From: Methanopyrus kandleri AV19
GTDB lineage: Archaea; JAADCQ01; Methanopyri; Methanopyrales; Methanopyraceae
Assembly: GCF_000007185.1 (NCBI RefSeq)
Contig: NC_003551.1
Location: 720,001 to 752,000, forward strand
Direction: 5' to 3'
DNA: 32,000 bases
The notes under the pieces are model-generated. The model had not been told where the DNA came from. It did no database searches and saw only the letters and a program-made list of their open reading frames with translations. Shown here one piece after another: positions 7,083-15,109 of the stretch (the stretch's first letter is position 1; the number at the start of each line of letters is the position of its first letter). The position numbers were made by a program, and so were the translations under genes.

Positions 7083-8198
7083 TCAAGCCTGCTCGACCTC
7101 CAGTCCCATCCCCAGTAGCTCCTGTAGCACCTCCTCGACGTACCGCGCGTACCTGCCCCGCTGTCCCATGAACGGTCCGAAGTCCTTCTGGTCGATCCAT
7201 ACCTTCAGGTTCGGACCGGCTATGTCCACGTCCACGATACGTTCTCCTATCCACGGCACCGGGTGGATGTCCGCGATGAAGTCGACGAAGTCCAGTGTGA
7301 GGTGCGTCACGACGATCCTCATGTTCGTCTCCGCCTCTATCCTCTCGATACGCTCACCTCCCGTTCCTACGACGCGACCTACGTGGCCTTCCTTGGTAAC
7401 GATCACCGCCTGCGGAACGTTCTCGGTCTTGATCTCGAGGTCTTCCGCGATCGGCTCCACGTAGAGCACCGTGAGCACGTCGGCGTCCGGTGCCTCGACT
7501 TGGACCACGTCCATGATCTCCCGCTCCACGTCGTTCATCTCCCTGTTACGGACGCGGATTTCCAGCTGTAGGTGCACGCCCCGCTCAGCACCGGGGCGTA
7601 CGATGTCCCTCGTGCCCAGGTCCACGACTTCCGCCTTGGGTTCCTCTGCCAAGACCTCACGCATCACGGTGGCTCCGCACCGGTCGATGTCGACGTCCTT
7701 CTGAAGTACCGGGTCGCCGGTGATCAGCAGTCGGGAGTTGTGACCCATTCGCGCCAGCACCTCACCCGCGTTCTCGGGCAGCATGTTCTGGACTTCATCC
7801 AGCAGTATCACGGCGTCGTCGAACGTGCGTCCACGGACGAAGTGCGTATCCACGATCATGATCTTGCCCTCGTCCACTAACTGCTGGAGCTCGTCCCGCC
7901 CGGTGAACCGTGAGAGCACGTCCATGACCGGGGTAACCACCATCTCTTCGAACTTCTCGGGCAGGTCCGCGGAGCTCATCTCTTGCTTGGTGGCCACGTC
8001 GACGAGTGGACGGGTCACTATGAACCGGTCGTACTCACCTTCCATCACGGCCTGCACGCCGTACGCCGCACAGAACAGGGTCTTACCGGTGCCCGTGGGG
8101 CCGAACACGGCCACTATTTCATTCTCCTCGTTTAGCAGCGCTTCGACCAGTCGCTCCTGTCCTTCGGTCTGCGGCTCTACACCCATCAACTCCTTCAT
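7083..8198 (-). CDS. PhoH-like P-loop ATPase fused to a C-terminal KH RNA-binding domain
   Basis: 371 aa: Walker A VFGPTGTGKTLFCAAYG, Walker B VILLDEVQN, PhoH-like LLITGDPVQKD, and a C-terminal KH GxxG signature VGRVVGTGGERIERIE. Confidence 0.85.
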   Translation of the reverse strand: MKELMGVEPQTEGQERLVEALLNEENEIVAVFGPTGTGKTLFCAAYGVQAVMEGEYDRFIVTRPLVDVATKQEMSSADLPEKFEEMVVTPVMDVLSRFTGRDELQQLVDEGKIMIVDTHFVRGRTFDDAVILLDEVQNMLPENAGEVLARMGHNSRLLITGDPVLQKDVDIDRCGATVMREVLAEEPKAEVVDLGTRDIVRPGAERGVHLQLEIRVRNREMNDVEREIMDVVQVEAPDADVLTVLYVEPIAEDLEIKTENVPQAVIVTKEGHVGRVVGTGGERIERIEAETNMRIVVTHLTLDFVDFIADIHPVPWIGERIVDVDIAGPNLKVWIDQKDFGPFMGQRGRYARYVEEVLQELLGMGLEVEQA

Positions 8199-8210
8199 TC
8201 CTCTCCCCCC

Positions 8211-9026
8211 TTACCGCCCGAATCTTCTTTCACGCTTCTGGAATTCACGGATCGCGCGCAGCAAGTCAATCTTCCGAAACTCAGGCCAGTACACGTCCAC
8301 AAAGTACAGCTCGGAGTACGCGGAGTACCAGAGCAGGAAGTTGCTGAGTCTTTCCTCACCACTGGTTCTTATGATCAGCTCCGGATCCGGGAGATCTCCC
8401 ACGTATACGTACTTTCTGAACGTTCCTTCATCGATCTCATCGGGGTCGAGCCGGCCGACTTTCACGTCGTGCGCTATCTCGCGAACAGCGTCGATAATCT
8501 CCTGCCTCCCACCGTAGGCTACGGCGACGTTCAGGAACCTGTCCTTGTACTCCTTAGTGGCGCGTTCGGCCTTTTTGATAGCTCTGCGGACACGGGTCGG
8601 GAGCAGATGGAGCCTCCCGACGGCACGGACGGCGACCTTTCGTCGATGGATCCGCTCGCTCTCCGCGAGTGCCTTGAACCGCTCTTCCATGAGGTCGAAG
8701 AGCCGCTTGAGCTCCTCCTTCGGTCGGTTCAGGTTCTCGGTAGACAGCGCGTACACAGTAACAGCCTTAACACCTAAGTCGAGACACCACTCCAGCACGT
8801 CCTCGAGTTTGTCAGCTCCGTACCGATGACCTTCCCACGGTTCCAATCCCAGCTCTCGGGCGAACCTTCTGTTTCCGTCCATAATGATGCCTACATGCTC
8901 AGGGACTCTGCCTTCCTTCACCTTCTCCTCAAGTATCCTCTCGTACATCTTATATACCGGCTTAAGCGAGACGCGAACGGCCTGCCGCAGCACGCGGCGA
9001 GAGTTCACCCCGGTGACGCGTTTCAA
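8211..9026 (-). CDS. uppS: cis-prenyltransferase (undecaprenyl/di-trans,poly-cis polyprenyl diphosphate synthase)
   Basis: 271 aa: HVGIIMDGNRRFA, TVYALSTENLNRP, IRTSGEERLSNFLLWYSAYSELYF. These are canonical UppS motifs. Confidence 0.9.
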   Translation of the reverse strand: MKRVTGVNSRRVLRQAVRVSLKPVYKMYERILEEKVKEGRVPEHVGIIMDGNRRFARELGLEPWEGHRYGADKLEDVLEWCLDLGVKAVTVYALSTENLNRPKEELKRLFDLMEERFKALAESERIHRRKVAVRAVGRLHLLPTRVRRAIKKAERATKEYKDRFLNVAVAYGGRQEIIDAVREIAHDVKVGRLDPDEIDEGTFRKYVYVGDLPDPELIIRTSGEERLSNFLLWYSAYSELYFVDVYWPEFRKIDLLRAIREFQKRERRFGR

Positions 9027-9044
9027 AACTTCGGGTAACCTTCC

Positions 9045-9062
9045 TCACCCCCTCAAGGGGGA
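9045..9062. promoter_or_regulatory. C5-N4-G5 palindromic element in the uppS/phosphoesterase divergent spacer
   Basis: tcaccccctcaaggggga: AAGGGGGA sits 3-6 nt upstream of the ATGATG at 9066-9071, and the minus strand reads AGGGGGTGA toward uppS. Confidence 0.4.
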
Positions 9063-9065
9063 TTC

Positions 9066-9563
9066 ATGATGATCGGGATCTTGTCGGACACCCACGACAA
9101 CCTGAAGGCCATCGAACGGCTTGCTAGCGAGCTGAACGAGGCGGACGTTGAGGTCGTACTCCATGCGGGTGACTACGTGGCTCCCTTCACCCTCCCGGTG
9201 CTCGCGAAGGTGGAGTGTGACGAGTTTATAGGGGTTTTTGGAAACAACGACGGCGAGCGTGACTATTTGCGCGAAAAGGCGGAGGAAGTGGGCTTCGAGC
9301 TGGTCGGCGAGATCTTCACGGGCGAGGTCTTGGGTCTCCGAGTGGCCATGATTCACGGCACCGAAGAGGCCGTAGTCGAGGCCCTCGCCCGCTGTGGCGA
9401 GTACGATCTGGTGGTTTACGGCCACACCCACGAACCGGAGGAGCGCGTGGTCGGAGACACGCTCGTGGTTAATCCCGGAGAGGTATGTGGGTACGTCACC
9501 GGGCGCCGAACGGCCGCGCTGCTCGACCCCGATGAGAAGAAGGTAGAGTTCGTCGAGTTTTGA
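9066..9563 (+). CDS. MJ0936/YfcE-type metallophosphoesterase
   Basis: 165 aa: GILSDTHDN, HAGDY, GNNDGE, MIHGT, GHTHEP. This is the full calcineurin-like motif set in the short MJ0936 architecture. Confidence 0.8.
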   Translation: MMIGILSDTHDNLKAIERLASELNEADVEVVLHAGDYVAPFTLPVLAKVECDEFIGVFGNNDGERDYLREKAEEVGFELVGEIFTGEVLGLRVAMIHGTEEAVVEALARCGEYDLVVYGHTHEPEERVVGDTLVVNPGEVCGYVTGRRTAALLDPDEKKVEFVEF

Positions 9564-9626
9564 CCCGACATGCCCGATGAAGATCACGGCCTTCGCCTGA
9601 GACGTGACGAGATCCACCCGAGCTGA

Positions 9627-10787
9627 GGGGACACTCCCATCCTCCGAAAGACGGAGCTCGATGACCCGCGACTCGCGCACGTACTCCGTGAGCGCGTAGC
9701 CGACTATCCCTCACTGCTGGCCGCCCTCCGAACTCCGGTTCGGCGCTACACGCTCCGGGTTAACACTCTGAAAGCGGACCTGGAGGATGTCGTCGAATGT
9801 CTCGCCTCGGATTTTCCCGATCGGGAGGTTAGAGAGTCTCCTTACTCCGAGTACGCGGTCGAGATCGAGGTGAAAGGACCGTACCCCGTGGAGGGGAACC
9901 ACCACGTCGTAGTCGCCGACAAGTTCGCGGCCGAGAGCGTCTACGTGGGGGCGGATCTCTACGCTCCCGGGGTGGTGCAAGCGGACCCCGACATCCGTAG
10001 AGGCGACCGCGTGACCGTAGTCTCGGAACGCGGGCACCCGGTCGCATCCGGTGAGGCGGCGCTCCAGGGGCGTGAGATGGAAAAGCGGGACCGAGGTACT
10101 GCCGTCCGCGTGGATCGCCCCACCTTTAGTGCCCCAAAAGTCCGTGAGACCGAAGCGTACCGGCGAGGTTGGGTGTACTCCCAGGGTCTGCCCTCCATCT
10201 TGGCCGTAGAGGCCCTGTCTCCGGAGCCCGGCGAAACCGTGGTCGACCTCTGTGCGGCTCCGGGTGGGAAGTGTTCCCACGTGGCTCAGATCACCGGTCC
10301 GGAGTCCAAGATAGTAGCTATCGACCGCTCCGCACCACGACTCGAACGGATGGAGGCTCGACTACGTCGCCTGGGTATCGACTGGGTCGAGACCGTGCAC
10401 GGGGACGCCAGGAAGGTCGTCAGGAGGCTGCGGGGAACGGCAGACGTTGTCCTCGTTGACCCGCCTTGCACCGCCTTAGGTGTCAGGCCGAAACTCTGGG
10501 TCGAGGCGACTTACGAGGAGGCGCTCGGGCTACCGTCTTACCAGTATTCGTTGCTCAGAGCCGGATACGAAGTCCTTAAGGAGGGCGGAAGACTCCTATA
10601 CTCCACGTGCACTCTCACGCCCACCGAAAACGAACTCGTGGTCGAACGTGCGATACGGGAGCTAAACCTTGAGCCCGAGACGCCGGTGCTTCGACCCGCC
10701 AGACGCTCAGGTCCGGGCGTTGTCTTCCTCCCCCATCGTGCGGATGTCCCTGGATTCTTCTACGCAGTACTCGTTAAGGAAGGATGA
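9627..10787 (+). CDS. NOL1/NOP2/Sun-family RNA (cytosine-C5) methyltransferase with PUA domain; start codon unresolved
   Basis: DLCAAPGGKCSH (SAM motif), VLVDPPCTALG (motif IV PC) and LLYSTCTLTPTENE (motif VI TC). A PUA-like VVVADKFAAESVYVGADLYAPGV lies upstream. The frame is open from 9627 and encodes ...SLLAALRTPVRRYTLRVNTLKADLEDVVECL, but the first ATG/GTG/TTG is GTG 9870. The coordinate 9627 is the first codon after an in-frame TGA, not a proven start. Confidence 0.8.
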   Translation, partial: GDTPILRKTELDDPRLAHVLRERVADYPSLLAALRTPVRRYTLRVNTLKADLEDVVECLASDFPDREVRESPYSEYAVEIEVKGPYPVEGNHHVVVADKFAAESVYVGADLYAPGVVQADPDIRRGDRVTVVSERGHPVASGEAALQGREMEKRDRGTAVRVDRPTFSAPKVRETEAYRRGWVYSQGLPSILAVEALSPEPGETVVDLCAAPGGKCSHVAQITGPESKIVAIDRSAPRLERMEARLRRLGIDWVETVHGDARKVVRRLRGTADVVLVDPPCTALGVRPKLWVEATYEEALGLPSYQYSLLRAGYEVLKEGGRLLYSTCTLTPTENELVVERAIRELNLEPETPVLRPARRSGPGVVFLPHRADVPGFFYAVLVKEG

Positions 10788-10800
10788 GGGAGTAGACGTC

Positions 10801-11811
10801 GTGTCCGACGGCGTCGTGAAACGACGGGCAATACCGGCGATGGCGGCGGGTGTAGCCGTTGTCCTCATCATGATTTGGTCGTTCGATCCTCGTAAGGTCC
10901 TCACCGTAATCGCGAGAACGGAGCCGCGGCTGTTCGCGCTCGCCGTCTGTATCCAACTGGTTGACTTACTACTGTGGGCGCTGCGATGGCACCTGGTGTT
11001 GGTACGAGGCGGGGTAAAGGCACCGTTCCGCCTGGTCTTCGCGGTCAATAACGTCTCGATGCTCGTGAACAACATCACCCCGAGCGCCAGGAGCGGCGGT
11101 GAGCCACTCCGTGTGTACCTACTGGCTCGTATGACCAGGTACCGGGCGCGTGATATCGCCTCCTCCGTCGTTATCGATAGGGTTCTCGACTACTTTCCCC
11201 TGACGTTACTACTACTGTTGAGCGCCTTCCTGATCGCGGGAAGTGGAGGAAGAGGCGGGATTCTCGTCATCCTACTCGGTGGCGTGTCTTTTCTTACAGC
11301 CGCTTTGATACTGTCGCTTTGGTTCTTAGCGAGTGAGCGATACGTGCACAGGGTCGCTCGAGGGGTTCTCCGGCTCCTGTCCCGTGTATCTCGTCGCGTA
11401 CGCGCACGCCGCCTGTGGGAGGAGCTTGATGAGTGGGTGGAAAGGTTCGTGAAGCAGCTTCGAGAGCTCCTCCAGGATCGTCTCACGCTGATTCAGGGCA
11501 CCCTGTTATCGGCTGCAGTGTGGGGGTGCGAGATCCTCAGGACATACGTCGTGTTTTTATCGTTGGGACGCGAGGTGCCCCTACCCGTTATCGTGGTGTC
11601 GTTTACGGTCTCGATGTTCGCGGGTGTTCTCCCGTTACTTCCCGGTGGACTCGGACTGGTGGAGATATCCACTGCATCGGTTTACAGGCTGTGGGGGATC
11701 GACCCGGGAACCAGCGCTGCGGTTGCACTATTAGACCGGCTGATCTCGTACTGGATGGTGAACGCGATCGGTGTGATCAGTCTTTTACGCATCTCACGGC
11801 GAGAAAGATAA
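10801..11811 (+). CDS. Polytopic membrane protein, UPF0104/flippase-like (LPG-synthase TM-region) family
   Basis: At least 8 hydrophobic segments, and NNITPSARSGGEPLRVYLL, which matches the conserved loop of the UPF0104 family as I remember it. The start is uncertain: ATG 10744, GTG 10801, GTG 10816 and ATG 10840 are all in frame. Confidence 0.65.
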   Translation: MSDGVVKRRAIPAMAAGVAVVLIMIWSFDPRKVLTVIARTEPRLFALAVCIQLVDLLLWALRWHLVLVRGGVKAPFRLVFAVNNVSMLVNNITPSARSGGEPLRVYLLARMTRYRARDIASSVVIDRVLDYFPLTLLLLLSAFLIAGSGGRGGILVILLGGVSFLTAALILSLWFLASERYVHRVARGVLRLLSRVSRRVRARRLWEELDEWVERFVKQLRELLQDRLTLIQGTLLSAAVWGCEILRTYVVFLSLGREVPLPVIVVSFTVSMFAGVLPLLPGGLGLVEISTASVYRLWGIDPGTSAAVALLDRLISYWMVNAIGVISLLRISRRER

Positions 11812-11817
11812 GGAGGT

Positions 11818-12183
11818 GTGATGTCCTTGCCATACGAGCTCGGGAAAGTCGAGACGATTATAAAGCCGGATGACGGTGGGGTGATCTCCGCCGATATAAA
11901 AGTGTTGGCTACAGTGAGCTTGCACCGCGGCCCTACGATCATCGCCGAAGTCGATCCCAGGATAGCCGGAGAGATCGAGGAAGACGACCACGTCATCGTC
12001 GACTTACCCTTGATACCTTCTCCGAATGAGTCCAGACCACAACCCAGGATAGTGAAGATTATTAAGGATGAGAAGCTCGTGAACCGCGTGAAGGCGGAAA
12101 TCGAGAAGGAACCCGAGACCATGGTTCCACCCGTGATTCCCGGGCAGCCGGCCACACCTCCACCCGAGGACATGTTCGGCTGA
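11818..12183 (+). CDS. Hypothetical 120-aa protein with Pro-rich C-terminus
   Basis: The strong SD aaGGAGGTGtg sits directly upstream of GTGATG at 11818-11823. The protein is acidic (…AEVDPRIAGEIEEDDHVIVDLPL…PPVIPGQPATPPPEDMFG). I recognise no family. Confidence 0.6.
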   Translation: MMSLPYELGKVETIIKPDDGGVISADIKVLATVSLHRGPTIIAEVDPRIAGEIEEDDHVIVDLPLIPSPNESRPQPRIVKIIKDEKLVNRVKAEIEKEPETMVPPVIPGQPATPPPEDMFG

Positions 12184-12206
12184 TAGCCGCCTGGGGAGGC
12201 AGATGA

Positions 12207-14036
12207 TTGATTTTTAAAAAGAGAAAAGGTGGTAAGCGTGAACGGCCCGAGATAGATCTCAAGCTTAAACCTCCGGAGGAAGGTGAGGGAGCTCCGAAGC
12301 TCAAGCTCCCCAAGCCGGAGGGGAGGCCCGGCGAGTCGAAAGGCGCAGAGGCCGTCCCCAAATTAAAGCTTAAACCCCCGAAACCTAGTGAAAAACCTCC
12401 TAGTGGAGAAGAGGAGGAAAAGAAGAAAGAAGAGCGCCCACCGGCTGAAATTAAGCCTCCTAAGCCACCGGAAGAGCGTACCGCTCCCTCGAATTTGGAA
12501 GCTGAACTAGAGCGGCTGAAAGCCGAGAATAAAAAGCTTAGAGAAGAATTAGACGAATGGCGCAACAAAGCCAAGAGTGCGATGGGAGAGAGGGATAGAC
12601 TAAGGTCCGAAATTAAAAGACTTAAGGAAGAACTTGAGAAGCAAGAGAAGGAACTTGATAAGTACATCAAAATTTCGAAGCAACTGAAAGAAAAGTTAGA
12701 AAAAGCTAAAAGAGAATCGGAGGAACTTAAAGAAAAAGCGGAAGAGTACCGTGAACGGTACGAAAAGATTGCTGGGAAATACAATGAGCTTAAGTCGAAG
12801 CTGGAGGATCTCTCGGACCAAAATCGTCGTCTCGCAGAGAATCTAAAGAAACTCAAAGAGAAGTATAATGAAATTAAGGAGGAGAGAGATAGGCTAAAGG
12901 AAGAAACGAAAGAAGTGGGGAAACTCAAGGACCAGTTAGCTAAGCTTCAAAGTAAACTTAAGGAGGTTAAAAGCGAAAGAGACGACCTCGCCAACGAAGT
13001 CGAAGCCCTGAGGAATGAGAACGAAAAACTTAGGAAGAAAATAGACAAACTGAAGTCTGAGCTGAGTAATCTCCAGAAGAAGCTCAAAGATAGGGAGAAG
13101 AAATTGGAAAAGGCTCGCCAGCATATCGGGAAGCTCAGGGAGGAAATTAAGAGAAGGGATGAGGAGATTAGGAAGCTTAGGAAGGCACAAAGTAAGTTGA
13201 AGGATGAAATTAAAAGGTATGAGGAAGGGAAGCGACTTCTGGTTCCACCCGAGACTGAAATGGCGATAGCAAAGGTGAAGGGTAGTATTGTAATAGGAAA
13301 GAATTCAATGGTTAAGGCACTCCAAGAGGATGAGCCCATAGTAGTTAAGGAGGAAATTAATGTCAAAGATAATTCGCGAATTTACGGGACGATTGTGGCT
13401 AAAAACATCTCAATTGGGAGTAATGTAAAGATTTACGGGAATGTAATTTGTGAAAACAAGTTGGAAATCGGAGAAGGCTCTACGGTAAAAGGCCATGTAA
13501 TTTCTATTAATTCACTGAAGACGAGTGCGGATGTGATAATAGAAGGGAGTATGGTCAGCGGAGACGACATCTCGCTCGCTAACAACGTGGAGGTCAAGGA
13601 GGTTCTGATCACGCCAGGGTCGGTCAAGGCCAGTCAAGGCCTCAGCGTTGCGGCGGTGCTGTGTAATGACTTCGAATCAGCCGGTTCCATAGAGGCGGAT
13701 TATATTCTAGCGGATGAGAGGGTCAAGCTGGGTGACGACAGCTTCGTCAAGACGGTGATCGTTCGAGAGGGACCGGTGGAGCAAGGAGTGAACTCATGCG
13801 TCTACTACGGCTCGTTGTCCATCAAGGGTCGGAACCCGAAGCTCTACATAAACACCGAACCGTTCGACGATCCCGTCGCTAACAGGGTATTCCGCAAGAC
13901 GATTTCCAACGTGGAGCGCCTCGGGCCGTTTCATCTAGCGAAGTCGGAGAAAGACGCTAAGTTCGTGTTGAACAGGGTCACCAAGATGGACATCGCGGAG
14001 ATCGTGAAGGAACTGCGAGAATCTCTGAAGGTCTAA
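12207..14036 (+). CDS. 609-aa protein: Lys/Pro-repeat N-terminus, long coiled coil, and a bactofilin-like beta-helix C-terminal region
   Basis: TTG start with GGGGAGG 6 nt upstream. Residues ~17-60 carry PKLKL(K)P(P)KP repeats. Residues ~95-340 are an uninterrupted heptad-like K/E/L-rich sequence (LEAELERLKAENKKLREELDEW...). Residues ~350-530 have a repeating pattern, SRIYGTIVAKNISIGSNVKIYGNVICENKLEIGEGSTVKGHVIS...IIEGSMVSGDDISLANNVEVK, typical of bactofilin/DUF583-type beta-helices. Confidence 0.8.
   Translation: MIFKKRKGGKRERPEIDLKLKPPEEGEGAPKLKLPKPEGRPGESKGAEAVPKLKLKPPKPSEKPPSGEEEEKKKEERPPAEIKPPKPPEERTAPSNLEAELERLKAENKKLREELDEWRNKAKSAMGERDRLRSEIKRLKEELEKQEKELDKYIKISKQLKEKLEKAKRESEELKEKAEEYRERYEKIAGKYNELKSKLEDLSDQNRRLAENLKKLKEKYNEIKEERDRLKEETKEVGKLKDQLAKLQSKLKEVKSERDDLANEVEALRNENEKLRKKIDKLKSELSNLQKKLKDREKKLEKARQHIGKLREEIKRRDEEIRKLRKAQSKLKDEIKRYEEGKRLLVPPETEMAIAKVKGSIVIGKNSMVKALQEDEPIVVKEEINVKDNSRIYGTIVAKNISIGSNVKIYGNVICENKLEIGEGSTVKGHVISINSLKTSADVIIEGSMVSGDDISLANNVEVKEVLITPGSVKASQGLSVAAVLCNDFESAGSIEADYILADERVKLGDDSFVKTVIVREGPVEQGVNSCVYYGSLSIKGRNPKLYINTEPFDDPVANRVFRKTISNVERLGPFHLAKSEKDAKFVLNRVTKMDIAEIVKELRESLKV
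12255..12390 (+). repeat. Three imperfect coding repeats (aagct[tc]aa[ag]c... encoding PKLKLKPPKP-like units)
   Basis: Units lie at about 12259-12280 (LKLKPPEE), 12295-12321 (PKLKLPKPEG) and 12355-12386 (PKLKLKPPKPSE). Confidence 0.6.
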
Positions 14037-15109
14037 CCCAGTAGCCCTCGCTCATGTCCCACGTACCAGTGTAGCGACGACCCTCGGACCGTGCGAACGA
14101 ACCCTTCCCCTCTCACCTCCCATTTATCGTTGGCTTTCCGAACTTCGCACAGAACCCTCTCCGTGGGTTCAGGACGGACTGTGATTCTATTGTCTTCAGG
14201 CAGGTAACAGACGTAGTACTTCTCACCTTGCCCTGACCATATTTCGCCACCGTTCAGTTCCAGTTTGAGTCGCTTGCCAACCACTAGAGTGTAAACGTCG
14301 AGACGGTCTACAATGCTGTTGCCGACAACTAGACTACGCTCAGGAACGCGCGAGTCGCTGATGTGAGCTCCCGCACCTACTACGGACCATCTCCCGATTT
14401 CACAGCGCGAGAGGCGTGCATTCATGCCCACGAAACACCGCTCCTCGATTTTACACCCATGGATCTCTGCTCCATCTCCGACGAAAGTCACCGGGCCGAG
14501 TTCCGAGCGTTCGATTTCACAGTGTGAGGACACGGAAACCCGTTTGTGTAACACTGAGCGACGGATCGAAGAGAAGTTCGAGATCATGGCGCCTCCGTGG
14601 ACTGTGACGTGCTCCAGCTCCACGAACGCCGCCACTCGGGCGTTGCCGCGTATTCTGGATTCCCTCACGGACACGAGGTGAGGGTGTTTGAAGGCGGGGC
14701 ACAACCAGGCTTCCGAAGAGTCTCGTACCTTGAACCACCGGTTAGTGGGTGACCTCTTCGGGTCGACTACGACGGTTAGATCTAGGTAGAAAGGCTTTCC
14801 GACGCGTTCCTCCAGGAGTTCACGGGCCCGCTTGCCGATCTCTCGGATGGTGCTGCCCTCGCGACCGATGAGGGTAGCCTTCAGCGATTCCTTATGGACC
14901 ACGAGTTCTGCTCGGGCGTAGACGAGTTCAGGACGTCCGCGGCCGGGCCGGATCTCCTTTACCTCGATTCCCACTTCCCGTGGGAGTGATCCGTGGAGTA
15001 CTTCGCGTAAGGCCGAGCGCAGGGCTCTCTCGACGGTGCGTTCACTCGGTAGGTGCGATGTAGTACTCGTAGTTCGGTCGTCTCTGGGTTCGGATTGCGG
15101 GCTGCTCAC
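14033..15109 (-). CDS. Fusion of an Era-type KH domain and a left-handed beta-helix (hexapeptide-repeat) domain
   Basis: The N-terminal part, ERALRSALREVLHGSLPREVGIEVKEIRPGRGRPELVYARAELVVHKESLKATLIGREGSTIREIGKRARELLEERVGKPFYLDLTVVV, follows the C-terminal KH domain of Era GTPases. The middle, FVGDGAEIHGCKIEERCFVGMNARLSRCEIGRWSVVGAGAHISDSRVPERSLVVGNSIV, is hexapeptide-repeat LbH. The only in-frame starts are GTG 15163 and GTG 15109; I chose 15109 because it overlaps less. Confidence 0.7.
   Translation of the reverse strand: MSSPQSEPRDDRTTSTTSHLPSERTVERALRSALREVLHGSLPREVGIEVKEIRPGRGRPELVYARAELVVHKESLKATLIGREGSTIREIGKRARELLEERVGKPFYLDLTVVVDPKRSPTNRWFKVRDSSEAWLCPAFKHPHLVSVRESRIRGNARVAAFVELEHVTVHGGAMISNFSSIRRSVLHKRVSVSSHCEIERSELGPVTFVGDGAEIHGCKIEERCFVGMNARLSRCEIGRWSVVGAGAHISDSRVPERSLVVGNSIVDRLDVYTLVVGKRLKLELNGGEIWSGQGEKYYVCYLPEDNRITVRPEPTERVLCEVRKANDKWEVRGEGFVRTVRGSSLHWYVGHERGLLG

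Noticed and set aside
9065-9105. ATGATGA ... CTGA (C/D-box-like) at the start of the phosphoesterase gene
   Set aside because: The ATGATGA is simply the Met-Met-Ile start of a well-supported CDS. The spacing to CTGA (29 nt) does not fit an archaeal C/D sRNA.
9624-9626. In-frame TGA upstream of the Sun methylase interpreted as selenocysteine
   Set aside because: Kept only as a minor alternative. No SECIS-like stem-loop is evident, because the 3' flank is occupied by the next gene. The position is in a non-catalytic N-terminal leader, and this enzyme family is not among known archaeal selenoproteins.
9045-10280. Minus-strand ORFs 9045-9680 (211 aa) and 9711-10280 (189 aa)
   Set aside because: They are antisense to the MJ0936-type phosphoesterase and the Sun/PUA methylase, both of which carry complete motif sets. 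They have no recognisable features of their own.
12062-12928. 288-aa Ser/Phe/Leu-rich minus-strand ORF, and 12947-13366 on the minus strand
   Set aside because: This is the antisense reading of the GAA/AAG-rich coiled-coil gene. The poly-Ser/Phe/Leu low complexity is the mirror image of Glu/Lys codons. There is no SD or start context.
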